A stretch of DNA of 64,000 bases from the NCBI GenBank assembly GCA_031459915.1, contig JAVKHO010000001.1, positions 187,117 through 251,116 of the forward strand, in the 5' to 3' direction. Under the pieces are notes generated by a model. That model had not been told where the DNA came from. It saw only the letters and a program-made list of their open reading frames with translations, and searched no databases. Of this stretch, positions 16,614 to 27,254 are shown in pieces (position 1 is the first letter of the stretch; every line of letters begins with the position of its first letter). Origin of the DNA: Candidatus Tepidifontimicrobium thermophilum (GTDB taxonomy: Bacteria; Sysuimicrobiota; Sysuimicrobiia; Sysuimicrobiales; Sysuimicrobiaceae). The position numbers and the translations under genes were made by a program.

Positions 16614-17684
16614 GTGCCTGAGCTGCGCCGGGACGTGGTCTCCGGTCGGTGGGTGATCATCGCCACCGAGAGGGCTTCCCGGCCAACGGACTTCGTGAAG
16701 GGACGGGAGTGGGCACCCTCGGACCGGGACCGGTGTCCGTTCTGCCCCGGACGGGAGCACGAGACGCCGCCCGAGATCTACGCCGTGCGCCCGGAGGGTC
16801 CGCGGGACGGGCCGGGGTGGCGGGTCCGGGTGGTGCCGAACAAGTACCCGGCCCTGCGCATCGAGGGGGAGCTGTACGCGGAGGGGGCGCCCCTGTTCGA
16901 GCGGATGGACGCCGTGGGGGCCCACGAGGTGATCGTGGAGACCCCGGAACACGACACCCACCTGGGCCTGCTGCCCGACGACCACGTGGCGGACGTCCTC
17001 CGCACGTACCGGGAGCGGTACGTGGACCTGGACCGGGACCCGCGATTCCAGTACGCATTGCTGTTCCGCAACCACGGACGGACCGCGGGGGCCAGCCTTT
17101 CGCACCCCCACTCGCAGCTCATCGCCCTGCCTGTGATCCCCCGCCGGGCGGAGGAGGAGCTGGACGTGGCGCGGCGGTACTTCGCAGACCACGCCCGGTG
17201 CCTGTACTGTGACGTGGTGTCCGCGGAGCTGGACCGGCGGGAACGGGTGGTGTACGAGAACGACGCGTTTCTGGCCTACGAGCCCTACGCTTCCCGGTTC
17301 CCCTTCGAGACCTGGGTGATCCCCAAGTTCCACCAGGCTTCCTTCGGGCACCTCGAGGACGAGGAGCTCGTGGAACTGGCGGACGCTTTACGGGCCACGC
17401 TGCACAAGCTGCACGCCGCGCTGGACAACCCCCCGTACAACTTCATCGTCCACAGCGCCCCCTACGACCCGCTCCCTGAGCACTTGTACCACTGGCACAT
17501 CGAGATCATGCCCCGGCTGACCTCGGTGGCGGGCTTCGAGTGGGGCACAGGTTTCTACATCAACGTGGTCCCCCCGGAGCAGGCCGCGCTGTTCCTGCGG
17601 GACGCCCCCGCGCGGCCGGCCTCGCAGGTCCCGGTGCCCGTCCGGGAACCGGTGGAGGTACACGGAGAGGTCGGCGGGCAGTAG
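16614..17684 (+). CDS. galT: Galactose-1-phosphate uridylyltransferase family protein (GalT/ADP-glucose phosphorylase-like)
   Basis: ELRRD..WVIIA, CPFCPG, NKYPAL, HEVIVE, GASLSHPHSQ. Confidence 0.88.
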   Translation: MPELRRDVVSGRWVIIATERASRPTDFVKGREWAPSDRDRCPFCPGREHETPPEIYAVRPEGPRDGPGWRVRVVPNKYPALRIEGELYAEGAPLFERMDAVGAHEVIVETPEHDTHLGLLPDDHVADVLRTYRERYVDLDRDPRFQYALLFRNHGRTAGASLSHPHSQLIALPVIPRRAEEELDVARRYFADHARCLYCDVVSAELDRRERVVYENDAFLAYEPYASRFPFETWVIPKFHQASFGHLEDEELVELADALRATLHKLHAALDNPPYNFIVHSAPYDPLPEHLYHWHIEIMPRLTSVAGFEWGTGFYINVVPPEQAALFLRDAPARPASQVPVPVREPVEVHGEVGGQ

Positions 17685-17691
17685 CCGACCG

Positions 17692-19017
17692 CTACTGGAT
17701 CAGGACGCTGGGCAGCCACAGGGCCAGCTGCGGGAAGAAGTACACGAGCAGCAACGCTGCGACCTGCAACGCCAGGAACGGCATCATCCCCCACCAGATG
17801 TCAGACAGGAGGACGCCCGGCGGCGCCACCCCCTTGATGTAGAAGGCAGCCATGGCCACGGGCGGGCTGAGGAAGGCGGTCTGGAGGTTCACTGCCACCA
17901 GCACGCCCAGCCAGATGGGGTCGATCCCGTAGCCCTGGGCCAGCGGCCAGAACAGGGGCATGAAGATGATGATGATCTCGGTCCACTCCAGGGGCCAGCC
18001 CAGCAGGAACACCACGATCAGCATCAGCCACAGGAACTGCGGGCCTGTGAGTCCGAGGCCGGTGATGAACTGTTCGATGACCCGCGAACCCCCGAGCCGG
18101 GCGAACACGGCGGAGAAGATGTTGCTGCCTACGAACAGGAACAGCACGGTGCTGGACGTCCGCAGGGAGTGGTACACCGACTCCCGGAGGGTCTGCCAGG
18201 TCAGGCGGCGGTAGGCGGCGCTGAGGGCGAGGGCCCCGAGCGCGCCCATGGCCGCGGCCTCCGTGGGGGCCGCGAGGCCCGCGACGATGGAGCCCAGCAC
18301 GGCCAGGATCAACAGGGAGATGGGCAGGACCCCGGTGGCGAGCATGCCGAGGATCTGGGGTACGGCGTAGGTGCGTTCCTCCTTGGGCAGGGGCGGGCTG
18401 AGGTCCGGCCGGAGCAGGGCCCGGACCAGGATGTAGACCACGTACAGCCCTGCCAAGAGGAACCCGGGAATGAAGGCCGCCAGGTACAGCTTCACGATGG
18501 AGATCCCCGCGTTGGCTGCGTAGAGGATCAGGAGGACGCTGGGGGGGATGAGGATGCCCAAAGTGCCTCCCGCGGCCACGGAGCCGGTGGCGAGGCGCTT
18601 GTCGTAGCGGAGGCGCAACATGGGCGGCAGAGCCAGCAGGCCCATGATGGTCACGGACGCACCGATGATGCCCGTAGCCATGGCGAAGATGGTGCAGGTG
18701 ATCACCGTCGCCAGTGCCAGGGACCCGGGAAGTGGGCCCGACGCCACCAGGATGGCGTGGAACAAGCGGTCCATGACCCCGGACCGCTCCAGCACGTAGC
18801 CCATGAAGACAAACAGAACGACGGAGATGAGGACGTCGTTGGTCATCACCTGGAACGTCCGGATGGCCATGAGGTTGAAAAGCTCCGGCCCCCACCCGAT
18901 GCCGAGGGTCCCGAACACGAGCCCCAGGCCCAGAAGGGTGAAGGCGGTGGGGAAGCCGATGAAGATGGCCAGGGTCAGGACCAGCAGCTGGATGACGCCC
19001 AGGGTCTCGGGGTTCAC
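17692..19017 (-). CDS. TRAP transporter large permease (DctM)
   Basis: GGTLGILIPPS, NLQTAFLSPP, about 12 TM helices. Confidence 0.92.
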   Translation of the reverse strand: MNPETLGVIQLLVLTLAIFIGFPTAFTLLGLGLVFGTLGIGWGPELFNLMAIRTFQVMTNDVLISVVLFVFMGYVLERSGVMDRLFHAILVASGPLPGSLALATVITCTIFAMATGIIGASVTIMGLLALPPMLRLRYDKRLATGSVAAGGTLGILIPPSVLLILYAANAGISIVKLYLAAFIPGFLLAGLYVVYILVRALLRPDLSPPLPKEERTYAVPQILGMLATGVLPISLLILAVLGSIVAGLAAPTEAAAMGALGALALSAAYRRLTWQTLRESVYHSLRTSSTVLFLFVGSNIFSAVFARLGGSRVIEQFITGLGLTGPQFLWLMLIVVFLLGWPLEWTEIIIIFMPLFWPLAQGYGIDPIWLGVLVAVNLQTAFLSPPVAMAAFYIKGVAPPGVLLSDIWWGMMPFLALQVAALLLVYFFPQLALWLPSVLIQ

Positions 19018-19550
19018 GCAGCCACCTCGTGCTCGAGAGGCTCACCCGGCCAGCGGTTGGTGCGGACGGCGACGACGCAGCGGAGGACCTGCGCCACCCC
19101 CTGCAGGGCCAGCAGCACCGCGGTGAGGGGGATCACGAACTTCAACGGGTAGATGGGCCGGCCGTACGGACTGAAGGGAGAGGTTTCCCGGACCAGGAAG
19201 GACTGCCAGAAGTAGGACCAGCCCGCGTAGGTCAGAGCGTACATGGCGGGGAAGAAGACCGCCAGGTACAGGACCAGGTCGATGAGGGCCTGCGTTCGGG
19301 GGGAGAAGCGGCGGTAGAACACGTCGCCCCGGACGTGGGCGTCCCGCGCGAGGGTGTAGGCGGCTCCCAGCATGAAGTAGGCGCCGTACAGCATGACGGT
19401 GGTGTCGAACGCCCACGTGGTGGGGGCGCTGAAGAAGTACCGGGCGAAGACCTCATAGCCCAGCGAGAAGGTGAGGGGGAGGATCATCCAGGCCGCGACG
19501 ACCCCCACGAGGTTGGAGAGAGCCGACAGCCTCCGGATCCACGTTTCCAT
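19014..19550 (-). CDS. TRAP transporter small permease (DctQ)
   Basis: YEVFARYFF.APT.W, LGAAYTL..AHVRGD; 4 TM; ATG 19550. Confidence 0.9.
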   Translation of the reverse strand: METWIRRLSALSNLVGVVAAWMILPLTFSLGYEVFARYFFSAPTTWAFDTTVMLYGAYFMLGAAYTLARDAHVRGDVFYRRFSPRTQALIDLVLYLAVFFPAMYALTYAGWSYFWQSFLVRETSPFSPYGRPIYPLKFVIPLTAVLLALQGVAQVLRCVVAVRTNRWPGEPLEHEVAA

Positions 19551-19613
19551 GGTCGTCCTCCTCTGGCAGGCGGCGGGTGGCCCCCGGCCGGGGGCCACCC
19601 GCCGGGGAACGTC

Positions 19614-20771
19614 CTAGCGCCGGCGGAACCAGTGCTCGAAGGCCGGGCGGTTGTCCACGTAGGTCCGCAACTTCCACGACACCACCCGGCGCGCCCACGC
19701 CCGCTGGCTCTGGATGATGCGGGCGAACGTCCGGTTCGCCTTGCTGTGGCGGTCGATGAGGACGTCCCACGCCTTGAGCTGTGCCTCCAACACGGGCCGC
19801 GGGGTCACGAACACCCGCACCTTGCGCTGGGTTTCCAGCTCCTCCAGGTCCTTGCTGTTGCGGTCGATCATCTTGTGCTGGAAGTCCGCGCTCTCGGCCA
19901 GGATCGCGTTCCGGACGATGGCCTTCAGGTCCGCGGGGAGCGCGTCCCACTTGCTCTTGTTGAACAGGACCTCGAGGCACTCCACGGGCTGGTGGTAGCT
20001 CTGAAGCATGTACACCTTCCGGACGTCGGGGAACCCCAGGAGCTTGTCGGAGGTGGGGTTGTTGAACTCCGCACCGTCGATGACGCCCCGTTCCAGGGCG
20101 GGGACGATCTCCCCCCCGGGAAGGATCACCACGCTGGCCCCCAGCTCTTTGAACAGCTCCGCAGACAGGCCTACCGTCCGGTACTTGGTCCGCTGGAGCT
20201 GCTCGGGACGGAGGACGGGGTTGCGGAACCACCCCAGGGGTTGCGTGGGGATCGGGCCGTGCAGGAAGGAGACCACGTTCATCTTGAGCTCGTTCTGCAG
20301 CAGGTTCTGGTACATGTCGAACCCGCCGCCGTAGTAGAACCAGGCCAGCAGGTCAATGGCGTCCATGCCGAAGGAGGGCCCGGTTCCGAACAGGCTGGCG
20401 GCCACGTGTTTCCCGAACCAGTACGCGGGGACGCCGTGACCGCCGTCCAGCACCCCGCGGTTCACCGCGTCGAGGACCTCGAACGCGGGGACGACGGCTC
20501 CCGCGGGCAGCACGTCGAAGCGCAGCCGTCCCCCGGACATCTCGTTGACGCGCTGGGCGAGGCTGACGATGACCTCGTGGAAGATGTCCCGTGTGGGCCA
20601 GGTGGACTGGACCTTCCACACGATGGGTGCCTGCGCGCGGGCCACGTTCACCCGGGGGAGGGTGGCCGTGGCGGCGAACGCGCCGGCCGCCACCGCAGAC
20701 TTCAGGAACGTACGCCGCGAGATCCGGCGTGGCTTCTGCCCGTTCCTGGCCTTCCTCGTTCGGGTGCCCAT
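19614..20771 (-). CDS. Tat-exported TRAP substrate-binding protein (TakP-like, monocarboxylate/2-oxoacid)
   Basis: SRRTFLK twin-arginine signal, AYWFGK, ALERGVIDGAEF. Confidence 0.9.
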   Translation of the reverse strand: MGTRTRKARNGQKPRRISRRTFLKSAVAAGAFAATATLPRVNVARAQAPIVWKVQSTWPTRDIFHEVIVSLAQRVNEMSGGRLRFDVLPAGAVVPAFEVLDAVNRGVLDGGHGVPAYWFGKHVAASLFGTGPSFGMDAIDLLAWFYYGGGFDMYQNLLQNELKMNVVSFLHGPIPTQPLGWFRNPVLRPEQLQRTKYRTVGLSAELFKELGASVVILPGGEIVPALERGVIDGAEFNNPTSDKLLGFPDVRKVYMLQSYHQPVECLEVLFNKSKWDALPADLKAIVRNAILAESADFQHKMIDRNSKDLEELETQRKVRVFVTPRPVLEAQLKAWDVLIDRHSKANRTFARIIQSQRAWARRVVSWKLRTYVDNRPAFEHWFRRR

Positions 20772-20895
20772 ACCAACCCCCCTTCGTTCGGGCTCGAGGT
20801 ACTTGGGACCGGCGCCGACAGATTCTGCCATCCCCCCTTTCCGTCGGCGAGAATCCGGTGCCCCGACGGGGCAGTGTCTACGATTCGGAGGGAAC

Positions 20896-21723
20896 CTAGA
20901 TGTTCCCTGCCGGCGGTGGGCTTATCCGCGCAGTGGAAAACCCCAGGCGGCGGCTGATCTCCTCCGCCGCGGACACCACCGTACCCGCCACGGGCGGGAT
21001 CCGGTGGTGGGGCAGGCGGCTGGCGGGCGCGGACACGGACAGGGCCGCTACCACGCGTCCGGAGGCGTCGCGCACAGGGGCGGCGACGCAGCGCACACCG
21101 GACTCCCGCTCTTCCCGGTCCACCGCGTAGCCGCGGGCGCGGACCGCCCTCAGCTCGCGGACCACGGCGTCGGGGTCGGTCAGGGTACGCGGAGTGAAGC
21201 GGGGCAGAGGGCCGGCGCCCAGGAGCCTCCGGACCTCCTCCTCCGGTTCCCAGGCCAGGAGGACCTTCCCCACGCCGGTGCAGTACAGGGGGTGTCGCGC
21301 CCCGGGCTGCGCGAACAGCCGCAGCATGCGGTGGCTCTCCACCTGGAGGACGTACACGGCCTCCGCACCGTCCCGCACCGCGAGGTTGGCGGTCTCCTCC
21401 ACCCGGTTCACCAACTCCAGCATCACCGGACGCGCCACCTCGGGCAGGCGCTGGGCGCGGAGGAATCCCATGCCCACCTCGAACGCCCGCAGGCCTATCC
21501 GGTAGCGGCCGTCCTCCACGGGCTGCACGAAGCCGCGGCGGCGCAGGGTCTCCAGGAGGCGGTGGGCGGTGCTCACGGGCAGGCGCGCCCTACGGGCGAC
21601 TTCGGACAGGTTGAGGTCCTGGCCCAGGGCCAGGACCTCGAGGACGGCAAGGCCCCGGAGCAGGGCTCGCACGTGGACGTCGCCCCTCCGGTGGGAGCTG
21701 GAGGCCTTCCTTCCGCTCGGCAT
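20896..21723 (-). CDS. IclR family transcriptional regulator
   Basis: RGLAVLE, STAHRLL, ETANLA, YCTGVGKVLLA, RGYAVDREE, CVAAPV. Confidence 0.92.
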   Translation of the reverse strand: MPSGRKASSSHRRGDVHVRALLRGLAVLEVLALGQDLNLSEVARRARLPVSTAHRLLETLRRRGFVQPVEDGRYRIGLRAFEVGMGFLRAQRLPEVARPVMLELVNRVEETANLAVRDGAEAVYVLQVESHRMLRLFAQPGARHPLYCTGVGKVLLAWEPEEEVRRLLGAGPLPRFTPRTLTDPDAVVRELRAVRARGYAVDREERESGVRCVAAPVRDASGRVVAALSVSAPASRLPHHRIPPVAGTVVSAAEEISRRLGFSTARISPPPAGNI

Positions 21724-21724
21724 C

Positions 21725-21783
21725 TTTCCACATTGTAGAAAATCCTTCCGTGCGTTGACACCACCTCGCCGGGCGGCTACGTT
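21725..21783. promoter_or_regulatory. IclR-type operator plus divergent iclR/aceB promoters
   Basis: Imperfect palindrome TTTCCACATTGTAGAAA (21725-21741) containing a minus-strand TACAAT; plus-strand TTGACA(21755)-17 bp-TACGTT(21778). Confidence 0.7.
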
Positions 21784-21858
21784 GGCGGCGAGGACGCTGA
21801 CCACGACATCCGGGGCCTTCTCGGGTCCCGCGAGGACAGCTCAGTGGAGGTGACGGCC

Positions 21859-23439
21859 ATGGAAGTTGCAGCACGCGGGGTGGAAGTGCTGGCAGACGCG
21901 GGTCCGGTGCAGGCTGAGGTGCTCACCCCGGAGGCGCTGGAGTTCGTGGCGGGGCTGCACCGGGAGTTCGAGAGCACCCGGCGCAGCCTGTTGGACAGGC
22001 GGGCGCAGCGGCAGGTGGAGCTGCTGGCGGGTGCCATGCCCGACTTTTTGCCGGAGACCCGGTGGGTGCGGGAGTCGGAGTGGAAGGTGGCCCCTGCCCC
22101 CGCGGACCTGCAGGACCGCAGGGTGGAGATCACGGGCCCGGTGGACCGCAAGATGATGATCAACGCCCTCAACTCCGGCGCCCAGGTGTTCATGGCGGAC
22201 TTCGAGGACGCGCTGTCCCCCACGTGGAGCAACGTGGTGGTGGGGCAGAAGAACCTCATGGACGCCGTCCGGCGCACCATCGAGTACACGAGCCCGGAGG
22301 GGAAGCACTACCGGCTCGGCGAGCAGGTGGCGACCCTGCTGGTCCGGCCACGGGGCTGGCACCTGGTGGAGCGGCACGTCCGGGTAGACGGCCAGCCCGT
22401 CTCGGGCGCCCTGTTCGACTTCGGGCTGTACTTCTTCCACAACGCCCGCGAGCTCTTGGAGCGCGGGACGGGTCCGTATTTCTACCTGCCGAAGCTGGAG
22501 AGCCACCTGGAGGCGCGGCTGTGGAACCACGTGTTCCAGTACGCGCAGGACGCCCTGGGGATCCCGAGGGGCACCATCCGCGCCACCGTCCTCATCGAGA
22601 CCATCCTGGCGGCTTTCGAGATGGACGAGATCCTGTACGAGCTGCGGGACCACGCCTCCGGGCTGAACGCGGGACGGTGGGACTACATCTTCAGCGTCAT
22701 CAAGAAGTTCCGCCACCGCGGGGACTTCGTACTGCCGGACCGGGCCCAGGTCACCATGACCGTGCCCTTCATGCGGGCGTACACGGAGCTGCTGGTGAAG
22801 ACCTGCCACCGCCGGGGCGCGCACGCCATCGGGGGCATGGCCGCCTTCATCCCCAGCCGCAAGGACCCCGAGGTGAACGAGCGGGCCCTGGCCAAGGTGC
22901 GGGAGGACAAGGAGCGGGAGTCCGCCGACGGTTTCGACGGGACCTGGGTGGCACACCCCGACCTGGTGCCGGTGGCGCTGGAACCTTTCACCCGGGTCCT
23001 GGCGGGGCGGCCGCACCAGAAGCACCGTCTCCGGGAGGACGTGCAGGTCCTCGCCAGCCACCTGCTGGACGTCCGGGTCCCGGGCGGGACCATCACGGAG
23101 GCGGGCGTGGTGAACAACGTCAGCGTGGCGCTCCAGTACCTGGACTCCTGGCTGCAGGGGACGGGGGCGGCCGCCATCTACAACCTCATGGAGGACACCG
23201 CCACCGCGGAGATCTGTCGGGCGCAGCTGTGGCAGTGGATCCACCACGGTGCGAAGATGGACGACGGGAGGCCGGTGGACGCGGACCTGTACCGGAAAGT
23301 GCGGGACCAGGAGCTCCAGCGGCTGGGCGGCCAGCCCGGGTCGCGGCTGAGGGAGGCCGCGGAGATCCTGGACCAGCTGGTCCTCCAGGAGGAGTTCGTG
23401 GACTTCCTAACGCTGGTGGCTTACGGCCGACTCGAGTAG
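21859..23439 (+). CDS. aceB: Malate synthase A
   Basis: [64 protein letters not shown]. Confidence 0.95.
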   Translation: MEVAARGVEVLADAGPVQAEVLTPEALEFVAGLHREFESTRRSLLDRRAQRQVELLAGAMPDFLPETRWVRESEWKVAPAPADLQDRRVEITGPVDRKMMINALNSGAQVFMADFEDALSPTWSNVVVGQKNLMDAVRRTIEYTSPEGKHYRLGEQVATLLVRPRGWHLVERHVRVDGQPVSGALFDFGLYFFHNARELLERGTGPYFYLPKLESHLEARLWNHVFQYAQDALGIPRGTIRATVLIETILAAFEMDEILYELRDHASGLNAGRWDYIFSVIKKFRHRGDFVLPDRAQVTMTVPFMRAYTELLVKTCHRRGAHAIGGMAAFIPSRKDPEVNERALAKVREDKERESADGFDGTWVAHPDLVPVALEPFTRVLAGRPHQKHRLREDVQVLASHLLDVRVPGGTITEAGVVNNVSVALQYLDSWLQGTGAAAIYNLMEDTATAEICRAQLWQWIHHGAKMDDGRPVDADLYRKVRDQELQRLGGQPGSRLREAAEILDQLVLQEEFVDFLTLVAYGRLE

Positions 23440-23443
23440 CGCC

Positions 23444-24853
23444 GTGGATCGCGCGCGCGTCCTCCAGGGGCTGCGGACCCTGTACCCGGAGAGCCGGATC
23501 CTGACCCGGCCCGCGGAGCTGGCGGCCTACGAGTCCGACGCCCTCACCGCCTTCCGGGCGCGGCCGCTCGCGGTGGTGCTGCCGGAGACGCGGGAGGAGG
23601 TGGTGGCGACGGTCCGCTGGTGCCACCGCCACGGGATCCCGTTTGTGGCGCGCGGCAGCGGCACCAGCCTGTCGGGCGGCTCCCTGCCCGTCCCCGAAGG
23701 GATCGTCATCGCACTCAACCGGCTGAACCGGATCCTCCGGCTGGACCCCGAGGAGCGCATCGCGGTGGTGGAGCCCGGCGTGGTGAACCTGGACGTCTCC
23801 CGCGCGGCCGCGCCCTTCGGGCTGTACTATGCCCCGGACCCCAGCAGCCAGCCGGTGTGCACCATCGGCGGCAACGTGGCCTTCAACTCCGGAGGCGCCC
23901 ACTGCCTGAAGTACGGCATGACCAGCAACCACGTCCTGGCCCTGGAGGTGGTGCTGGCGGACGGGGAGGTGGTGCGCTTCGGCGGCGAGAGCCTGGAGGG
24001 GGTGGGGCCGGACCTGGTGGGCCTGTTCGTGGGCTCCGAGGGGCTGTTCGGGATCGCGCTTGAGGTCACGTTGCGGCTGGTCCCCAAGCCGGAAGCGTAC
24101 CGCACAGTGCTCGCCGCGTACCGCAGCCTGGAGGCCGCGGGGGACGCCGTAGCGCAGGTGGTGGCTTCAGGCCTGTTGCCGGGCGCGGTGGAGATCATGG
24201 ACCGCCTCAGCATCGAGGCCGCGGAGGCCGCGGTACACGCGGGCTACCCTGAGGACGCGGCCGCCCTGCTCATCGTGGAGCTGGAGGGGGAGGAGCCCGA
24301 GGTGGAGGCGGAGCTGGCGGAGCTGCTGGAGGTGGTGCGGGCGTCCGGGGCCTACGAGGTCCGGCTGGCCCGGGACGAGGCCGACCGCCAGAGGATCTGG
24401 AAGGGCCGGAAGGGCGCCTTCTCTGCGGTGGGACGCCTGAGCCCGGACTACCTGGTGCAGGACGGGGTGGTGCCTAGGACACAGTTGGGCACGGCGCTGG
24501 CGGAGATCGAGCGGCTGAGCCGGCGGTACGGGCTCCGGGTGGCCAACGTCTTCCACGCAGGGGACGGCAACCTCCACCCCCTCATCCTGTACGACGGCCG
24601 CCAGCCGGGCCAGCTGCAGCGGGCGGAGGAGCTGGCGGGGGAGATCCTGCGGCTGTGCATCCGGCTGGGGGGATCGATCACGGGCGAACACGGGGTGGGG
24701 ATGGAGAAGCGGCAGTACCTCGCCGAAATGTTCTCCGAGCCGGACCTGGAAGTGATGCGCAGGCTCCGTCGGGCCATGGACCCCGGGGAGATCGCCAACC
24801 GGGGCAAGATGTTCCCTGTACCGCAGAAGCTGGAAGCCGCCGCCGCGAGCTAG
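23444..24853 (+). CDS. glcD: Glycolate oxidase FAD subunit
   Basis: [41 protein letters not shown]. Confidence 0.92.
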   Translation: MDRARVLQGLRTLYPESRILTRPAELAAYESDALTAFRARPLAVVLPETREEVVATVRWCHRHGIPFVARGSGTSLSGGSLPVPEGIVIALNRLNRILRLDPEERIAVVEPGVVNLDVSRAAAPFGLYYAPDPSSQPVCTIGGNVAFNSGGAHCLKYGMTSNHVLALEVVLADGEVVRFGGESLEGVGPDLVGLFVGSEGLFGIALEVTLRLVPKPEAYRTVLAAYRSLEAAGDAVAQVVASGLLPGAVEIMDRLSIEAAEAAVHAGYPEDAAALLIVELEGEEPEVEAELAELLEVVRASGAYEVRLARDEADRQRIWKGRKGAFSAVGRLSPDYLVQDGVVPRTQLGTALAEIERLSRRYGLRVANVFHAGDGNLHPLILYDGRQPGQLQRAEELAGEILRLCIRLGGSITGEHGVGMEKRQYLAEMFSEPDLEVMRRLRRAMDPGEIANRGKMFPVPQKLEAAAAS

Positions 24854-24857
24854 GCAC

Positions 24858-25934
24858 GTGCGCACGGACGCGGTCCTCAAGCCCTCCGACGTGGATTCCC
24901 TGCGGGAGGCGGTACGCCAACAGCCCCGCGTGTGGCCGAAGGGAGCCGGGACCAAGACCGCCCTCGGCCCTCCGGAGGGTGCGGTGGTGGTGGAGGTGTC
25001 GCAGCTCCGGGGTGTTCTCGACTACGACCCCGCGGAGTTCACCTTCACGGCCCTGGCGGGTACCCCCGTGCGGGACGTGGAACAGCTGCTGGCCCGACAC
25101 GGCCAGTACCTGCCCTTCGACCCGCCCCTTTCTGCCGCCGGTGCCACCCTGGGAGGCACGCTGGCCAGCGGGCTGAGTGGGCCCGGCCGGTACCGGTACG
25201 GCGGCGTCCGGGACTTCGTGCTGGGCGTGCGGTTCGTAGACGGACAGGGCGAGCTGGTGCGGGCCGGCGGCAAGGTGGTGAAGAACGCCGCGGGGTTCGA
25301 CCTGGCCAAGCTCATGACGGGCAGCCTTGGCCGGCTGGGGGTGTTGGTGGAGGTGTCCTTCAAGGTGTTCCCCGCTCCCAGGGCGCGTGCCAGCCTGCGT
25401 GTGGACCGGGCCGACTTCGAGGCTGCGTGGGGACTGCTCCGGGCGCTGTACACCAGCTCCTTCGACCTTGAGGCGGTGGACCTGGTGCCGCCGGGCACGG
25501 TGTGGGTGCGGGTGGCGGGCCGGCCGGAGTCCCTTTCGACGCGGTTGCAGCGCCTGCGGGCGTTCCTCCAGGGCGGGGAGGTGGTGGAGGACGACTCCCG
25601 GATCTGGGAAGAGGTTCGGGAGTTCCGCTGGGTGCCGTCGGGCTGGACGCTGGTGAAAGTTCCGGTCACGCCACGCCGCGTGCTGGACCTGGAGCGGGAG
25701 CTGGTGCCCACCGCGAGCCTGCGTCGGTACTCCGTGGGAGGAAACGTGGCCTGGGTGGCATGGTCAGAGGAACCCGCGGCGCTGTCGGGTTTGCTGGCCC
25801 GCCTGGGCCTGCGGGCCCTACGGGTGCTGGGGCCGCCGGGACCGCCCTTTTTGGGGCGGGCGGACTCCGACGGCTTTTCTAGCCGCGTCAAACAGGCCCT
25901 GGATCCCGCGGGCCGGTTCGGACCGTACCCGTAG
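24858..25934 (+). CDS. glcE: Glycolate oxidase FAD-binding subunit
   Basis: LPFDPP, SGPGRYRYGGVRD, GGKVVKNAAGFDL. Confidence 0.9.
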   Translation: MRTDAVLKPSDVDSLREAVRQQPRVWPKGAGTKTALGPPEGAVVVEVSQLRGVLDYDPAEFTFTALAGTPVRDVEQLLARHGQYLPFDPPLSAAGATLGGTLASGLSGPGRYRYGGVRDFVLGVRFVDGQGELVRAGGKVVKNAAGFDLAKLMTGSLGRLGVLVEVSFKVFPAPRARASLRVDRADFEAAWGLLRALYTSSFDLEAVDLVPPGTVWVRVAGRPESLSTRLQRLRAFLQGGEVVEDDSRIWEEVREFRWVPSGWTLVKVPVTPRRVLDLERELVPTASLRRYSVGGNVAWVAWSEEPAALSGLLARLGLRALRVLGPPGPPFLGRADSDGFSSRVKQALDPAGRFGPYP

Positions 25935-25968
25935 CGGTCGGTGGCTACCGTGGGACCGGAGGTGTGAG

Positions 25969-27246
25969 GTGCTGCACGAGATCCCCGTCGACCGCTACGG
26001 CGCGGTGGGCCGCCGGATGGCCGGGGCCGTAGAGGCGTGCGTGCACTGCGGCTTCTGTCTGGCGGCGTGCCCGACGTACCGGGTCCTGGGAGAGGAGATG
26101 GACTCTCCCCGGGGTCGCATCTTCCTCATGAAGGAGGTCCTGGAAGGCCACCTGCAGCCCCAGGAAGCTGCGCCGTTCGTAGACCGGTGCCTGGGGTGTT
26201 TCGGGTGCGTCACCGCGTGTCCGTCCGGGGTGGCGTACGGGGAGCTCCTCACTCCGTACCGTGAGTACGCGTCCGCAAAGGTCCGCCGGCCCTGGCCGGA
26301 CCGGCTGCTCCGCTGGCTGGCGATGGAGACGCTGCCGCACCCCGCGCGCCTGCGGGCGGCCTTGGGGCTCGCGCGGCTGGTCCGGCCCGCCGCGCCCTAC
26401 CTGCCGGCCCGGTTGCGGGCCATGGTGAGCCTCGTCCCGGATCGCCTGTCGCGCCCCCGCCGCCCTGCGTCCACGGTCGCCGCAGCGGGGGCACGCCGGG
26501 CCCGGGTCGCCGTGCTGGTGGGCTGCGTCCAGCGGGTCCTGCACCCGGAGATCCACGAGGCCACGGTGCGGGTACTGGCGCGCAACGGCGTGGAGGTGGT
26601 GGTTCCGGACCAGCAGGGCTGCTGCGGGGCGCTGGCCCTGCACGTGGGGGAAGGGGTGCGGGCCCGCCGGCTCGCGCGGCGGAACCTACTGGCGTTCCCC
26701 GAGGACGTGGACGCGGTCATCACCGACGCCGCGGGCTGCGGCTCGGCCATGAAGGAGTACGGCCTGCTGTTTAGCGGACAGCCGGAGGAGGAACAGGCCC
26801 GGAAGCTCGCGGCCCGGGTGCAGGACGTGAGCGAGTTCCTGAACGGGCTCGGGATCGAAACCCCTCCGCCCTTGCCCGCCCCTACGCGGGCCGTGTACCA
26901 GGACGCCTGTCACCTCCTGCACGCGCAGGGCGTGCGGGACGCGCCGCGCCGGCTGCTGGGTGCGGTGGGCAACCTGGAGGTGGTGGAACCCGCAGAGGCC
27001 GAGCTGTGCTGCGGGTCGGCGGGCACGTACAGCCTGGAACACCCGGACGTGGCCGCGGAGCTGGGGCGGCGCAAGGTGCGGGGTCTGCTGGATACGGACC
27101 CGGACGTGGTCGTCACCGGGAACGTGGGCTGCATGGTGCAGATCCGAGCGCACCTGCGGGCCGCGGGACGTCCGGTCCCCGTGCTCCACACGGTCCAGGT
27201 GCTGGACCTGGCTTACCGCGGGCAGGGCCTCCCGCGCCTCGCGTGA
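25969..27246 (+). CDS. glcF: Glycolate oxidase Fe-S subunit
   Basis: CVHCGFCLAACPTY, CLGCFGCVTACPSGV, two CCG domains. Confidence 0.92.
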   Translation: MLHEIPVDRYGAVGRRMAGAVEACVHCGFCLAACPTYRVLGEEMDSPRGRIFLMKEVLEGHLQPQEAAPFVDRCLGCFGCVTACPSGVAYGELLTPYREYASAKVRRPWPDRLLRWLAMETLPHPARLRAALGLARLVRPAAPYLPARLRAMVSLVPDRLSRPRRPASTVAAAGARRARVAVLVGCVQRVLHPEIHEATVRVLARNGVEVVVPDQQGCCGALALHVGEGVRARRLARRNLLAFPEDVDAVITDAAGCGSAMKEYGLLFSGQPEEEQARKLAARVQDVSEFLNGLGIETPPPLPAPTRAVYQDACHLLHAQGVRDAPRRLLGAVGNLEVVEPAEAELCCGSAGTYSLEHPDVAAELGRRKVRGLLDTDPDVVVTGNVGCMVQIRAHLRAAGRPVPVLHTVQVLDLAYRGQGLPRLA

Positions 27247-27254
27247 GGCGAAGC

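Noticed and set aside
20772..20895. Short palindrome TGCCCCGACGGGGCA and an alternative ATG at 20831 for the TRAP SBP
   Set aside because: A single short GC hairpin is expected by chance. RBS spacing and Tat motif position favour the 20771 start.
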